DNA of 63,805 nt, filler included, from Octopus bimaculoides (Eukaryota), in the NCBI RefSeq assembly GCF_001194135.2. It is 10 parts of 10 records of this genome, joined end to end, with 100 filler letters (N's around TTAATTAATTAA, not from the genome) between each part and the next. Parts side by side here need not be neighbours in the genome. Positions count along the whole stretch, not along the records: positions 21,662 to 28,404 come from NC_068981.1; positions 28,505 to 33,774 come from NC_068983.1; positions 33,875 to 42,501 come from NC_068998.1; 7 more parts are not named here. The stretch is one strand, 5' to 3'. The notes under the pieces were generated by a model. It was given only the letters and a program-made list of their open reading frames with translations. It was not told the DNA's origin and ran no database searches. The position numbers and the translations under genes were made by a program. Shown piece by piece: positions 24,369 to 38,450 of the stretch. Positions within the stretch are counted from its first letter, which is position 1. Every line of letters begins with the position of its first letter.

Positions 24369-27300
24369 CATGCATACATATAGATATACATTCATACAAA
24401 CATATGCATTCACACCCATACTGAATGGCATACAGGCACATACATTCACACACACGAACACATACAGGCACAGACGTTGATACACACAAGAAAACATACA
24501 TGTGCTTTCGTATACACCTAGCATGACACACACACATCAATCACATTCATCATATGTGTGTGTGTGCACAACCATACCAATACGCACGTGTAGACGCAAA
24601 TGTAATAGACCCCTGTGTCCTGTGTGGAGCTCAGCAATAAGTTATATCTGTAAGTCATATGTTCTTGACCGACATCCGGTCCCATAAAATAGCAAATTTA
24701 CTCTTAATATCCCTCGTGTATTAACTGATGCTACATAATAGGCAACTGTTACTTTAATTTACCCCCTTATTGAACAAATTAAACAAGTATGGTTTTCTTG
24801 TTTGCACTGCTCTTGATCTTTCAAGCAGCATTACATATAGAAACGAATCGAAAATTAAGGAGCTATATTAATTGGGTGTGGGGCAGTCAGTCAAACTGAC
24901 GCTGTTGGTTATATAGCTTCATAGAACGTATTCCATACATCACATACATTTTCGTGGTTGAAATCTAGTCTCGTACAAGGCTATAATGAAATATAATTAT
25001 TTGAGTTTTGCGAAGTACTGGTGTGGTTTGTATTTTCAAGTCACAATTTAGGATATATTTATGAAAAAAATAATAATAATAATAAATGACGAAATTAACT
25101 TGGTGCATACTGTTATCCATTTGCGACTGAATTTGGGTACGTTTTGGTATGCCCAACCCCAGCTTAGCACTGACTGAACAAGCACTCCAAGTATTCCAGA
25201 ACGTTCTGGCTTTCACCATCTCAGTCACTGTTAAAGCTACATTGTTCAATGTGTTGTGATGTCATTTAAATTTATCTTTATTTTTAACTGATCAAGTGAG
25301 AGACAAAATTTACCAATAATGACTGGAGCAATGAAATAATCAATGAAATAGTAATAATTATCTCATTCCTTTTTAAGTTTTTCATATGCTAATCTCTTGA
25401 ACAGTGAAACTAATAGACCAGGAAAGTTTTATTCTTTATTAATATTTTGGATAAACACCAAGTTATGATTTGGGAAGAAGAGAACAGTCTACTTTATCTG
25501 CACCAGTGCCCCACTTCTATTTTATCAACCCTAGGAGGTTAGAAGGCAAAATTGCCCACTTTCAGGACTCAGAAATTCAATGGACGCACCAGAAAGCATT
25601 TGGCCCGTCGCTTTAGCGATACTGATAATCCAGCCCTATAGATATAAATGAACGCCAGGTTACCTACGTAGACACTATGTGCGTTCGTGCCCGTTGTGTA
25701 AAAAAAAATGATACATTTAAGCATTTTCTAAGTATATGCAGTTTATAAAAAGTAGATGGCTAAGGAACTGGCTCACTCATTAAACAAATAAATGCCATAA
25801 TACACCTGCTAACAATAGTCATCATGATAGTCAATCCTCACAATGTTGAATTGTCGAATAAATCTGACATATGTGTATTTCACTTACAAATGTTTGATAT
25901 TTACTTTGAATTTAATCAACTTTTAAAAAAACTTTCTCCTGTACTTATGTTGAAACTGTAATATAAGACGTTTCTTCAATTCGATTAATTTCATTAGTTG
26001 CATTTTAAGGAATCTAATCGCAAATTAATATTTGATATGTTTGAAAAAGCACGTGTTATTAGTGAATTGTAAATGGGTGAAATGACGTTATGCTTTTGCA
26101 AAGACTCGAGAAAGTTCTGAGCATATCATTTGCTATAGAGCCATTTGCAAGTTTTAAGTATTACTGATTCTAGATGTGTTTGGTTTTTCTACAAATTATG
26201 AACTATACGCCATTTTAATTCACAAATTAAAGCGCAACATTTTACGTTTCTAAATCTAAATGATTTATTGTCTGCATTTATTTTTTAAGTCTTCTGTTCT
26301 GATTAAGACTATGAAACTATAATAAAATGGTTTGTAATAATAACACAAATCAGCACTTTTGATAAGATTATTATGGCTGATGAAATCTGTCTCTGTTCCA
26401 GAATGACACTAATTTTATTAACTGTGGACGACTGGATGACAAAGTCACTCTTGAAAGGGATTTGTACTGTTGTAAATAAACGTTCTATAGTAAATATAAC
26501 ATTATGGCATAAATTATGGTAGAGGCCATCCAACATCTACAAAAATGAATAACGTCAATATCTAATTTAAATCATATTCCAACGTTTAAAAACTAATCAT
26601 CGAACAAATTGAACATTGTTGTCTTAGATAGAGAAAAAAGACAGGGTCAATGACGATTGTTTTGTGTGGAACCTCATTCCGGCATTCTACCGATTCTACC
26701 GATTCTGCCATCTGACATTATTCAAATTAGTATGTTTATTCCATTCACAATAACCGTTCGAAAAATGCATCCAATCAGTTAGACAGAAACAGATGAGAAA
26801 ACAAGTGAAATAACATCATACAGTTTTACGAATGGATGAATTGTGGGTTTTTAGCAATGTTGACCAAATAATTCAATTTCCTACTGAAATCCCACTGGTA
26901 TAGCATTTAACTTTAGTGTTTTGTTAGTTGAAGTTTGTCGTTCCATATATTCCTGGGTCAATTATACTTAATCTTTTTAAGAAATGTGCAGTAGACTATT
27001 TTAATATGTGTTAATTTTCTTCGCCGTTATAAAAGGGTGACATCTGATGTTTTGCCCTTTAATTTAGTAGACCGAATTTTCGATGCACAAAGGATTAGAA
27101 AATAATTTTAACCACACGTCACTGATTTGATTATCAATATCTAGTTCCAGAGTTAACACAATGTTGGAAATTCTTCTGTATATTTAGCAGGTATCTGATT
27201 TACACAAATATTTTGTATATTAACGTATGCGCTTCGCCTCAGTGGCGCAGCGTCAATACAAAACGACGTCAATGCAAAATAAAACGAGAAAAGGTGTATT

Positions 27301-28033
27301 AGTGTGCATCAATAACGTTGTCGGAAAAATCAAGGGTTGCCAATATAGGGGATAAATTGAAGTAACAGTTGCTAATTATGTAACAGCAGTTAATATAGGG
27401 GACATATAAAAGGCAGCTACAGCACGTATACTTAAGGTACTATTTTATCGATCCCGAAAAGATGAAAGATTATTTCAACTTCGGCGTATTTTGAACTGGG
27501 CTTCAAAGAGTATATCTGAAAATAGAAATATCGATTTCTTATACAGGCAGAAGGACAAACTTTTTGATTTTACATCGGCACTCTTCGCTGAAAAGCAACG
27601 TCGAAATAAGAGAATTTGAACAGATATTGTAAAATATCTACATGAAACTATATAAATATCAAGAAATCAAAAATAAGGAAGCGATTAGCTTAATTTTATC
27701 TTCTGTAATACACACACACACACACACACATACACACTTGCACAGACATATAGGTATACAGATGTATACTCACATTTATATTACAAGTCAAAATTCATAG
27801 TAGTCTCTTAGAGTGTAACCTTTTCATATAAACTGATTGAGACCACCTATCCGACGATTTGAATTCTATATCAAATCAGACATGCAATATATAAAATGTT
27901 TCAATATAATTTACAGCTAACACTTAACGGTCGATATGTGTGTGTGTGCGTGTGTACGTGCGTGTGGATATGTATGTATATATAAATACATTTACACATA
28001 CAAAGCTCTTGCATTGTTCGTTTATGTTTGTGT

Positions 28034-28071
<38 letters not shown>

Positions 28072-28073
<2 letters not shown>

Positions 28074-28101
28074 TAGCAGAAATACCCGGCTTTGCCCGGG
28101 T
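28072..28101 (-). mobile_element. Helitron 3' terminus (GC hairpin + CTAG)
   Basis: Minus strand cccgg-gcaaag-ccggg-tatttctg-CTAG-t; similar degenerate terminus at 54951. Confidence 0.7.
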
Positions 28102-28504
28102 TAAAGAGAATAATGAAATCTAAAAACGCCGTCTAGACTACGCAACCCTCAACTGTTAGTAGCTACGATACCATATTTCTACATTAATAACTCTCCAATC
28201 CATGCCAGCATGGAACATAGACATTAAGTGGAATGCCAGTCTCTCATCTGGAAAGGCCTTGAAATCAATGTTACCAACTGGGGACTATGTGTGTCGCAGT
28301 GATAATAAAAATACCCAAAGGAGGTCTGCAACGAAATAATTTTACTCAACACTTTGCAAGTGAATCAGTAGAGGCAAAGATGCGTCTCATTTACTTGACA
28401 ATTTNNNNNNNNNNNNNNNNNNNNNNNNNNNNNNNNNNNNNNNNNNNNTTAATTAATTAANNNNNNNNNNNNNNNNNNNNNNNNNNNNNNNNNNNNNNNN
28501 NNNN

Positions 28505-28535
<31 letters not shown>

Positions 28536-29553
28536 ACATATATATATATATGCATATATATATATATGTGCATATATATAATCAGACATGTATTGATATC
28601 TATTGGTGCGCATACATATGTTTAAAAGCGCACGTCTGTGAGAAGTAAGAAGTAACATGTGTTTATGCATATGTGAGGGTGCGTCGGAGCGGCACGTGCG
28701 ATTGCAGAGGATTACTTTCATTCTGCTTTGCATTTTCTGCAGGAAATGTACGATTGCGAGCTGTGAAAGGCACATGTATATTTGATGCAATGTGTGTCTA
28801 CAATCTTACATGCATAATACATACATACATACATACATATATAATGCATGCATACATACATGCATACATATATACATATATATATATGTTTATATATATA
28901 TATATATATTAGAAATGCAGAGACGCCTATAATAGGACATCTACTCGCTAGAAATAGCAGCAAAAATACTACATACCACAAAAGTTATTAATATATNNNN
29001 NNNNNNNNNNNNNNNNNNNNNNNNNNNNNNNNNNNNNNNNNNNNNNNNNNNNNNNNNNNNNNNNNNNNNNNNNNNNNNNNNNNNNNNNNNNNNNNNNNNN
29101 NNNNNNNNNNNNNNNNNNNNNNNNNNNNNNNNNNNNNNNNNNNNNNNNNNNNNNNNNNNNNNNNNNNNNNNNNNNNNNNNNNNNNNNNNNNNNNNNNNNN
29201 NNNNNNNNNNNNNNNNNNNNNNNNNNNNNNNNNNNNNNNNNNNNNNNNNNNNNNNNNNNNNNNNNNNNNNNNNNNNNNNNNNNNNNNNNNNNNNNNNNNN
29301 NNNNNNNNNNNNNNNNNNNNNNNNNNNNNNNNNNNNNNNNNNNNNNNNNNNNNNNNNNNNNNNNNNNNNNNNNNNNNNNNNNNNNNNNNNNNNNNNNNNN
29401 NNNNNNNNNNNNNNNNNNNNNNNNNNNNNNNNNNNNNNNNNNNNNNNNNNNNNNNNNNNNNNNNNNNNNNNNNNNNNNNNNNNNNNNNNNNNNNNNNNNN
29501 NNNNNNNNNNNNNNNNNNNNNNNNNNNNNNNNNNNNNNNNNNNNNNNNNNNNN

Positions 29554-29588
<35 letters not shown>

Positions 29589-30543
29589 ATATACGTATGT
29601 ATTCATAGAATGTATATATATATATGTATACATATATAAAAAAACATTATAAAACAAAAACCAAACAATAAATAACGCATAAGTAACTAAATAAATTAAA
29701 CGAAATCACAAATGCATTGACACAAAAAAAAAATCAAACAAACAAACAAACAAACACAATACCCTATAATAACAACAATAATAATAATCATAAAAAAATA
29801 ATTCAACAACAGGCGAAATATGAATTGAATGAAAATGCTCAATCGATAGATAGGTTACGCATAAAAAAAGTAATAACCTATAATCAATCGAACAGAAAGC
29901 AATGTGGCTAGTGAGGTTTATATTATTATTATCATTGTATTGTGTTGGCCCCCTTGTCATATCCTGTCTAGCTAACCTTTAGATATAAGCTACGACACAC
30001 TCCCATTAACAGCAGATATTCTCTCGCGCCATATGTTGTCTACCTGTAATGTGAATGACGTATGTATGTATGTATGTATGGTCTTTGAACGTGTGTATGG
30101 ATACATGTTTGTATGTGTGTGTGTGGCTGTGTCTCACATATTTATGTGTTTATATTTGTTCGTATGTGCGTTTGTATATCTGTTTAACAGTGTACCTGTA
30201 TTTTAGAATATGTTTGTATGCATGAATTATGTATGTACGCGCACACGCATACATACAAACCTTCATGCATACAAGTATTTTTCATCTACCTACCTACCTA
30301 CCTACCTACCTACCTACCTACCTACCTACCTATCTATCTATCTATCTATCTATCTGTCTGTCTGTCTGTCTGTCTGTGAGTCTGTCTGTCTGTCTGTCTG
30401 TCTGTCTGTATCTATGCTTGCGTGTAGTATGTCTATGTATTCACGTGTGCAACCCGTACGTATGCGTGTATGCATACGTACGTATTTCCTCTGTGTATGT
30501 ATTGTGTCTGAAATTAGCATTTTCCATTTTTCCCACTCTACTC

Positions 30544-30618
<75 letters not shown>

Positions 30619-30644
30619 TGATGATAATAATAATAATAATAATA

Positions 30645-30685
<41 letters not shown>

Positions 30686-31565
30686 AATAATAATAATGAT
30701 AATAATGATAATTATAATAATAATAATAAAATGCTTTCTAATTGATGTATCAATACCAGCAGATGATAACGNNNNNNNNNNNNNNNNNNNNNNNNNNNNN
30801 NNNNNNNNNNNNNNNNNNNNNNNNNNNNNNNNNNNNNNNNNNNNNNNNNNNNNNNNNNNNNNNNNNNNNNNNNNNNNNNNNNNNNNNNNNNNNNNNNNNN
30901 NNNNNNNNNNNNNNNNNNNNNNNNNNNNNNNNNNNNNNNNNNNNNNNNNNNNNNNNNNNNNNNNNNNNNNNNNNNNNNNNNNNNNNNNNNNNNNNNNNNN
31001 NNNNNNNNNNNNNNNNNNNNNNNNNNNNNNNNNNNNNNNNNNNNNNNNNNNNNNNNNNNNNNNNNNNNNNNNNNNNNNNNNNNNNNNNNNNNNNNNNNNN
31101 NNNNNNNNNNNNNNNNNNNNNNNNNNNNNNNNNNNNNNNNNNNNNNNNNNNNNNNNNNNNNNNNNNNNNNNNNNNNNNNNNNNNNNNNNNNNNNNNNNNN
31201 NNNNNNNNNNNNNNNNNNNNNNNNNNNNNNNNNNNNNNNNNNNNNNNNNNNNNNNNNNNNNNNNNNNNNNNNNNNNNNNNNNNNNNNNNNNNNNNNNNNN
31301 NNNNNNNNNNNNNNNNNNNNNNNNNNNNNNNNNATGCACTTATTTTTCAAAAATATTTATTTACTTAACCGGTTTCACTTTTTTAGAAAAAGATTATCAA
31401 AAGTCTTTGAGAATAATAAAAAATGTTAAAAAACAGTTTGAGTATTAAAATGCATATATACATTCTTTGATGATAAAATATATTTAAAGTATAAAGCTTT
31501 GTATGAACTTTGTAGTGTTACATACTGATTGTGACACAATATATATATATATTCATATATAGCTG

Positions 31566-31602
<37 letters not shown>

Positions 31603-31625
31603 ACCCATACGTACATGCATGTACA

Positions 31626-32030
31626 TACGAGGTACGTTCAATAAATATCAGACTTAATTTTTTACCGCGGAAACTAATGCCGTGTGGACAAAATCGTTTG
31701 GGTGGAAGGGAACACCACTCATACAGGAAAATTTTCGCGCTGGTAGACCGCGCCAGTCCCGACCGATCGTCGGATTTTCGTTTTGACACATTATTGCTGA
31801 ACGTGTCAATCAGAGACAATAAATCCATGTCCCGTTAGCAGTGATAGTCTTCATAAACTGGTTTGTACAGCCCAATATGTCCTGAACGATTCCCATGCAA
31901 AGTTTCCGCATGCGCAACTCCTCCATTAAAATGGAATGCGCTGATTCTGTGTTTATTCCCACTTTGTATACAATTTCTTAGATTATCACACAACAGTCTT
32001 CCATGACTATTCGCCGAACCTTCTCAATCG
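31626..32030 (-). mobile_element. Internally deleted mariner remnant with one TIR
   Basis: TIR-like tacgaggtacgttcaataaatatc at 31626; minus strand IEKVRRIVMED...VGINTESAHSILMEELRMRK...FMKTITANGTWIY. Confidence 0.6.
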
Positions 32031-32034
32031 GCTC

Positions 32035-32300
32035 CTTGCTTCGGCGTCATGAGAGAAAGAAGAACAAGATTCGGTGGACTATTTATTGCTGGGGAGCTAT
32101 GGATGAGATCATCAACGACGTTCTTAGCTGGGAACTGAAGCATGGGTACGCAAATATTGGTAGGTAACATCGAACCTACATAAGGCAACGTGTGCACCCG
32201 AGAAGACCCACCACGCGCCATGGCGAACTCAACAGATTGGAGAGAACGAGTCACGGAGATCTGTGCAATAAGTACGACCGGATGATGATAGATGATGATA
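32035..32300 (+). mobile_element. RTE-X-like LINE 3' end
   Basis: RERRTRF...INDVLSWELKHGYANIGR..RTYI...PRAMANSTDWRERVTEICAISTT with gatgat tail; same type as 6912-7400. Confidence 0.65.
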
Positions 32301-32429
32301 ATGTATCAAATTCGATTCAATTAAACACATCCCTTAGATCCTAAGCATTCATAAGGATATACCTAAATTATAATCTAAATATCATAAAACCTTCCAAGCA
32401 ACGTAGACACCAATAAATAATAATCCTTT

Positions 32430-33530
32430 CTATTTATAGGCCCAAGCCATGAAATTTGGAGGTGGGGGCAAGTCGATTACATCGACACCAGTACGTAACT
32501 GGTACTTATTTCATCGACTCCGAACGGTGAAAGGCAAAGTCGACCTTGGCGGATTCTTTGAATAGATAATAATAATGGTTTTAAAANNNNNNNNNNNNNN
32601 NNNNNNNNNNNNNNNNNNNNNNNNNNNNNNNNNNNNNNNNNNNNNNNNNNNNNNNNNNNNNNNNNNNNNNNNNNNNNNNNNNNNNNNNNNNNNNNNNNNN
32701 NNNNNNNNNNNNNNNNNNNNNNNNNNNNNNNNNNNNNNNNNNNNNNNNNNNNNNNNNNNNNNNNNNNNNNNNNNNNNNNNNNNNNNNNNNNNNNNNNNNN
32801 NNNNNNNNNNNNNNNNNNNNNNNNNNNNNNNNNNNNNNNNNNNNNNNNNNNNNNNNNNNNNNNNNNNNNNNNNNNNNNNNNNNNNNNNNNNNNNNNNNNN
32901 NNNNNNNNNNNNNNNNNNNNNNNNNNNNGTCACCAGTTTTTGAGGGAAGAAAGAAGTCGATTACATTGCCCTCCAATGTTTGATTGGTATTTATTTTATC
33001 AACCCCGAAAGCGTGAAAGACAAAGTCGAGTTCGGCGGAATTTGAGCTGAGAACGTAATGACGGATTCTGCCACTTTGTCGCCTTATTGTCATTGAATGA
33101 ATAATAATTATTATTTCGACTCTAGGCATAAGGCTTTGAACATTTTGGGGGAAGTGGGCTAGTTGATTACATCAACCCCAGTGCGTAACTGGTACTTATT
33201 AATCGACCCCGAAAGGATGAAAGGCAAAGTCGACCTCGGCGGAGTTTGAACTCAGAACTTAGTGTCGGGCGAAATACCGCTAAGCATTTCGCCCGGCGTG
33301 TCAACGTTTTTGTCTAAATAATAATAATAATGGTTTTAATCTTTAGCACAAGGTGAACAATTCTGAGGGTAAGCAGAGCGATGCCGATTACATCGACTCC
33401 AATGCTAAACAGGCAGCATTTGAACTCCAGTGCTGAAAAACTTGGTGGCATTTGAACTTAGAACGTAAAACCGGAAGAAATGCCACTTAACATTTTGTCC
33501 GGCTTGGTAAAGACAGCTTGCCGCCTTTGG
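32430..33530 (-). mobile_element. Train of about four SINE family A copies separated by (TAA)n tails
   Basis: Core gaaaggcaaagtcgac...ggcggaatttg recurs at about 32520, 33010 and 33210, with a decayed copy at about 33440. Confidence 0.8.
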
Positions 33531-33553
33531 GTAAATAATATTTTTTTAAGTTT

Positions 33554-33720
33554 CAGGCGTGGCTACGTGGTAAGAAGCTTGCTTTCTAACCACATGGTTC
33601 CAGGTTCAGACCCATTGCATGGCACCTTGAGCAAGTGTCTTCTACTATAGCCTCAGGCCGAATAAGGCTTTGTGAGTGGATTTGGTAGACGGAAACTGAA
33701 AGAGACCCGTTGTATATATA
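33554..33720 (+). mobile_element. SINE family B 5' half
   Basis: caggcgtggctacgtggtaagaagc...ggcaccttgagcaagtgtcttctactatagcc. Confidence 0.8.
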
Positions 33721-33737
33721 CATATACATACACACAC

Positions 33738-33774
<37 letters not shown>

Positions 33775-33874
33775 NNNNNNNNNNNNNNNNNNNNNNNNNN
33801 NNNNNNNNNNNNNNNNNNTTAATTAATTAANNNNNNNNNNNNNNNNNNNNNNNNNNNNNNNNNNNNNNNNNNNN

Positions 33875-33989
33875 GTTACAATCTCAGAACCTAAATCATT
33901 GCGGGACCTGGGTATCGAAATCACGGATGATACCTCTTTCCAAGTGCACATTACCAGGATGGTGACAAAGTGCAGACGGCCAGCTGGAT

Positions 33990-33990
<1 letters not shown>
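33875..33990 (+). mobile_element. CR1/L2-type LINE RT C-terminal fragment
   Basis: PKSLRDLGIEITDDTSFQVHITRMVTKCRR, matching the DLG...L.F..HI motif. Confidence 0.55.
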
Positions 33991-34031
<41 letters not shown>

Positions 34032-34879
34032 GAGTAGACAGAAATGGTAGACAGAGAGGTGTAGAGAGAGAGAGAGGGGTAGACAGAAATGGATAGACTG
34101 ACTGATAGATAGATAGATAGATGGATGGGTGCTGTAATACCGGGCGAAATAATAGATGTATACCTGTAATTGTGAGTGTGTGTGTGCGTACGTGCGCTTG
34201 CGCGCGCGTTTGTCCATGTGTGTACGCGCACACGTATTAGTGTATTTGATGGTGTGTGAATGTCTACGTGTCGGTTTGTGTACGCGTGTGACGGTCTGGT
34301 GTGTACCTGCTGAATGCATGTGTGTGTTTAGAATTTTATTTTATTGCACAGAAACGATGCGAAAATTATATGTGTGGTATGTAATGTATATGGGTGTATG
34401 TATGTGTGTGTTTATGTATATATGCATGTACGTATATCGATGGATAGACCGACAAATACAGATACAATTTATATATACATAATATCTTGCAGAACATGTA
34501 TAGCTATATTTATTATATGCGTATATTCGCATCGCGCACGTGTGTATATATACTTATTTTTATTTAAGTTGATGCATACACACACATACATACATACATA
34601 CATACACCAATTCAATGATAAATAAATGGATAGAAGGAAAAACTATGAGAGTGGGTGAGAGAGAGAGAGGGGGGGCGGAAAGAGAAGGGAGAGCAAAAGG
34701 GAGATGTGAGGGGCTGGCGGTAAACTAAGGAGAATTGTTAATGAGGTTTGTTGAGGCAAAAGGAGAGAAAGAAAGGGTAAAGAAATAACGTATTAATGTA
34801 ATTAAGTAGTGGTGGGAGGAAGAGCGATTCCGTGTGCAATAGTGGGAGTGGTAGGAGGGGAAGTTGTGAAGTAAGTAGC

Positions 34880-35330
34880 GTGGTTGATGACTTCCAGTTT
34901 AGACCAATCAGAAACGTGATTATGTCGGCGTTAATTGACGTGGAATGGTAATAACGGTGGTGGTGGAGGAGGCGGTGTTGACGAAAAGGGAGTTAGAGAG
35001 AGAGACACAAAGACAAAACATAAGGCGGCAGTGGGGTGGGGGTTAAGAAATAGTCTGAGTGGTTATTATTATTGTAGTGGTAGCGCTAGTAGCGGTGGCA
35101 GTGGAAGCCCCGCCCACACAGACGATAAGAAGGAGTTACAGGAAGCAAAGAGAACATAGAGAGATATAATGAGCGAGGGAAGTAGAGAGTGATGGGGAGA
35201 GAGAGAGAGAGAGAAGGAGGAGAGTGATAGAGTGAGGAAGAAAGAGGAGGGGAAGGGGATGTAGAGTTATTAATGTGCGTTTAAAGTTAGTGAGAGCTTT
35301 AATTGGACACAGTAGACTGACGTGGTATCA
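34880..35330. promoter_or_regulatory. Candidate promoter/enhancer: CCAAT box, two TGACGTGG sites, GC box
   Basis: CCAATCAG 34904-34911, TGACGTGG 34936-34943 and 35318-35325, GCCCCGCCCAC 35107-35117, reverse CCAAT 35302-35306; CpG-retaining and apparently non-repetitive. Confidence 0.4.
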
Positions 35331-35788
35331 GGGAAAGAGACTGTGTTACACACACACACACACACACACACTATTTCTGTTTCTGTCCGTCTCTCTCTCT
35401 CACACGCACGCACACACACACACACACGTGTATGTGTGTGGTTTTGACTATATTGTTACTACAAATACTACTGCTGCTACTGTTGCGACTAATTACTTTC
35501 AATAGAGGTGCGTGTGTACGAGCGCGCACCTGTTTTTCTCTCTCTTTCTCTCTCTCTTACATATATACATAACCCAAATATATATACGCACGAAAATTAT
35601 TAAAAACTCACGCAAACACACACACACACACACACACATACACACACATACAACCTGGCAGACGAAAGACTGGTGCATATATATATATATATACACATTT
35701 ACAATCTCAGGTATGTATTAGCAAACAACGGACACTTACACACAACTACAACATACAAAGCGCGTACATTTATTTATGCATAACAGAT

Positions 35789-35838
<50 letters not shown>

Positions 35839-37170
35839 NNNNNNNNNNNNNNNNNNNNNNNNNNNNNNNNNNNNNNNNNNNNNNNNNNNNNNNNNNNNNN
35901 NNNNNNNNNNNNNNNNNNNNNNNNNNNNNNNNNNNNNNNNNNNNNNNNNNNNNNNNNNNNNNNNNNNNNNNNNNNNNNNNNNNNNNNNNNNNNNNNNNNN
36001 NNNNNNNNNNNNNACGACCTCCCCCTCTCTCTCTCTCTCTTTCTCTATTTATAAATATATATATGTGTGTGTGTATGTGTGCATATTAACGAACACATCT
36101 TAATGCAAATTACGTTGGCAATTTGAAAGCAAAATTCTGAACCAGTCACACACACAAATGTTGTTACACACCTATTTTTTTTTTTTTTTTTGTGTGTGTG
36201 TCGCTGAATTTGTAATATAATACAGGAACCAACGGCGTTGTGCTTTCTAGACGGAATCTTGTCAGAGAGTAAAATATATACAGGAAGACGTGCACAGTTG
36301 ATGATGTAAGAAGACATCGAAATTATTAATTAATGCTTGCTGATATCTAATTAAGCTACAACAAAAAGAAAACTGAATGAAAAATGAGGAAAGAAAAGAA
36401 AAACTTTAAAAGGTTTTTTTTAAACAAATGTATTGCAACAGGAATGTCGTCAGTGGGAGCAACAAGCTGTGGCAATTGCTTTGTGTCTAGAACAGCAGCA
36501 GCAGCAGCAGTAGCAACCAGTAACGAGCAGAGAGATGGTTCAGGGCAGCAGAAATATATCACGCAACAACAACAACAACAACAACAATCGCAAAATCGAA
36601 TCCTCGTGAAAGAGAATTTTTCTTGTTTGCACGATCTGCTAGAAACAGCAGTCAAATTCATTTGAAGTTGCACCCATTGAGCAGTTCCAAGAAAGAATAA
36701 AAAAAAGCAGCAACAAAAAGGAATATAACATTGGCTAATGGAATCCTTGATACACTATTCCTAAACACAAAACAAAGCAAAACAAAACAAAAAGACGTGA
36801 GTTTAAGATTTTTGCTGGACTGACCGGGACTACACAAAACTAAATAAACAAACCTTCTGCGGCAGCAGCAAAGGCATCAGCAGCAGTAGCGGTAGCCGTA
36901 GTAGTCGTAGTAGTAGTAATAGTAGTAGCTGCAGTCGTGATAGTAATATTAGTATGAAGTAGTAGGTAAGAAATATGGACGACATTTGGAGAGTGTATTG
37001 TACGGTCGTTGTGAATATATTTTGGAGCGGGACACCAATCGGACGCTCAGGTTGTCATACAACAGATTCTGAAATTTAACCAAAGAACCAATCTCTTTGA
37101 CAACAACAACAACAACAACGGAAGAATTTAATACGAACGAAGGAAATTTATTATTGAAAACGTGGGTATA

Positions 37171-37203
<33 letters not shown>

Positions 37204-37550
37204 TAATTGCTGTTTATTATTATTATCATTATTATTATTATCATATAGTATCACTTTACATATTCGCATAACGATGTTATTTAACGTTTGTATTTCACTC
37301 TCTCTCTCTCTCTCTCTCTCCTTCTTCCCTCTCTCACTTTCACGCTCACACATATACATACACACTTACACGCACACACATAGACACACTTACATGCACA
37401 CCCACTTTCACTGTTCGTCTCGACTTCAATATGTGGATTAATGTTTACGAGTGTATATGCACATACACATACATTTGTATGCATTTGTACTCATATGCAT
37501 GTATGTATGATATGCAAGTATGAATATACAGGCATACGTCATCCCACACG

Positions 37551-37581
<31 letters not shown>

Positions 37582-38415
37582 CAAATGATATATAAATAGA
37601 GAGGGAGAATACAGAGCACCTTGCTACCTGTGTGTATGTGTTAATTATCAAACAAATAAGGCTTCCTGGTTGGTACTCGGTAATTTATTCACCGAGTACA
37701 GGAGTACATCGACTATGATGGACATGATTACTTTAGTGAGTATTTTACAGACTTAATCCCGTCCCAATTCAAAGATTATCTAATCCCAAACCTCGGGTCA
37801 GTTTCATTTAGAGTCGAAACACGGTGTGTGTGTGTGTGTGTGCACAGTTTACATTCCAAACTTATTGGCAGGAAATTCCCTTATAACTAGGCGAATGTGT
37901 GTGTATGTCTCTATACATATATATATGTATTATGTATGTATATTAATGTTTAGCAGAAGTAACAGAGTGAGTTTCATTCGTTGGCTTTTATCAAACTCTC
38001 ACACTGGTTGCAATAGGTGCCAATGCACGAAATCTCAGACCTGCTTCTGCTGTAAATATTAAAAAATATATATATACACAATACTCATGAGTCCTGTTCT
38101 ATTTTCCTGTTGCATCACCAAACCTGTATACATACATACATGCATGCATACACCAAACATGCACACACACACACACACACACACATATAAAGAAAACAAA
38201 CTTTCTGTTTTCTTAAAATTTTGATCCTTGATAAACCCATGTCTACCCTAGTCTTTTTTCCCTATAATTTATGAGAATAGTATGCTTGCATATGTATGGC
38301 CATGATTAAACATAGGTAATATACCGTTTGTGTAATGGATACTTCTATCCCTTGGACGGTTATTTTAACCTCTAACTCAGTTAAACTGATATACATACAT
38401 ACATATATAATTGTT

Positions 38416-38450
<35 letters not shown>

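Noticed and set aside
26330-26520. 75-aa minus ORF after a good acceptor
   Set aside because: No donor or homology; the plus strand has traces of a mariner DE-motif region (KIIMADE), so it is probably TE debris.
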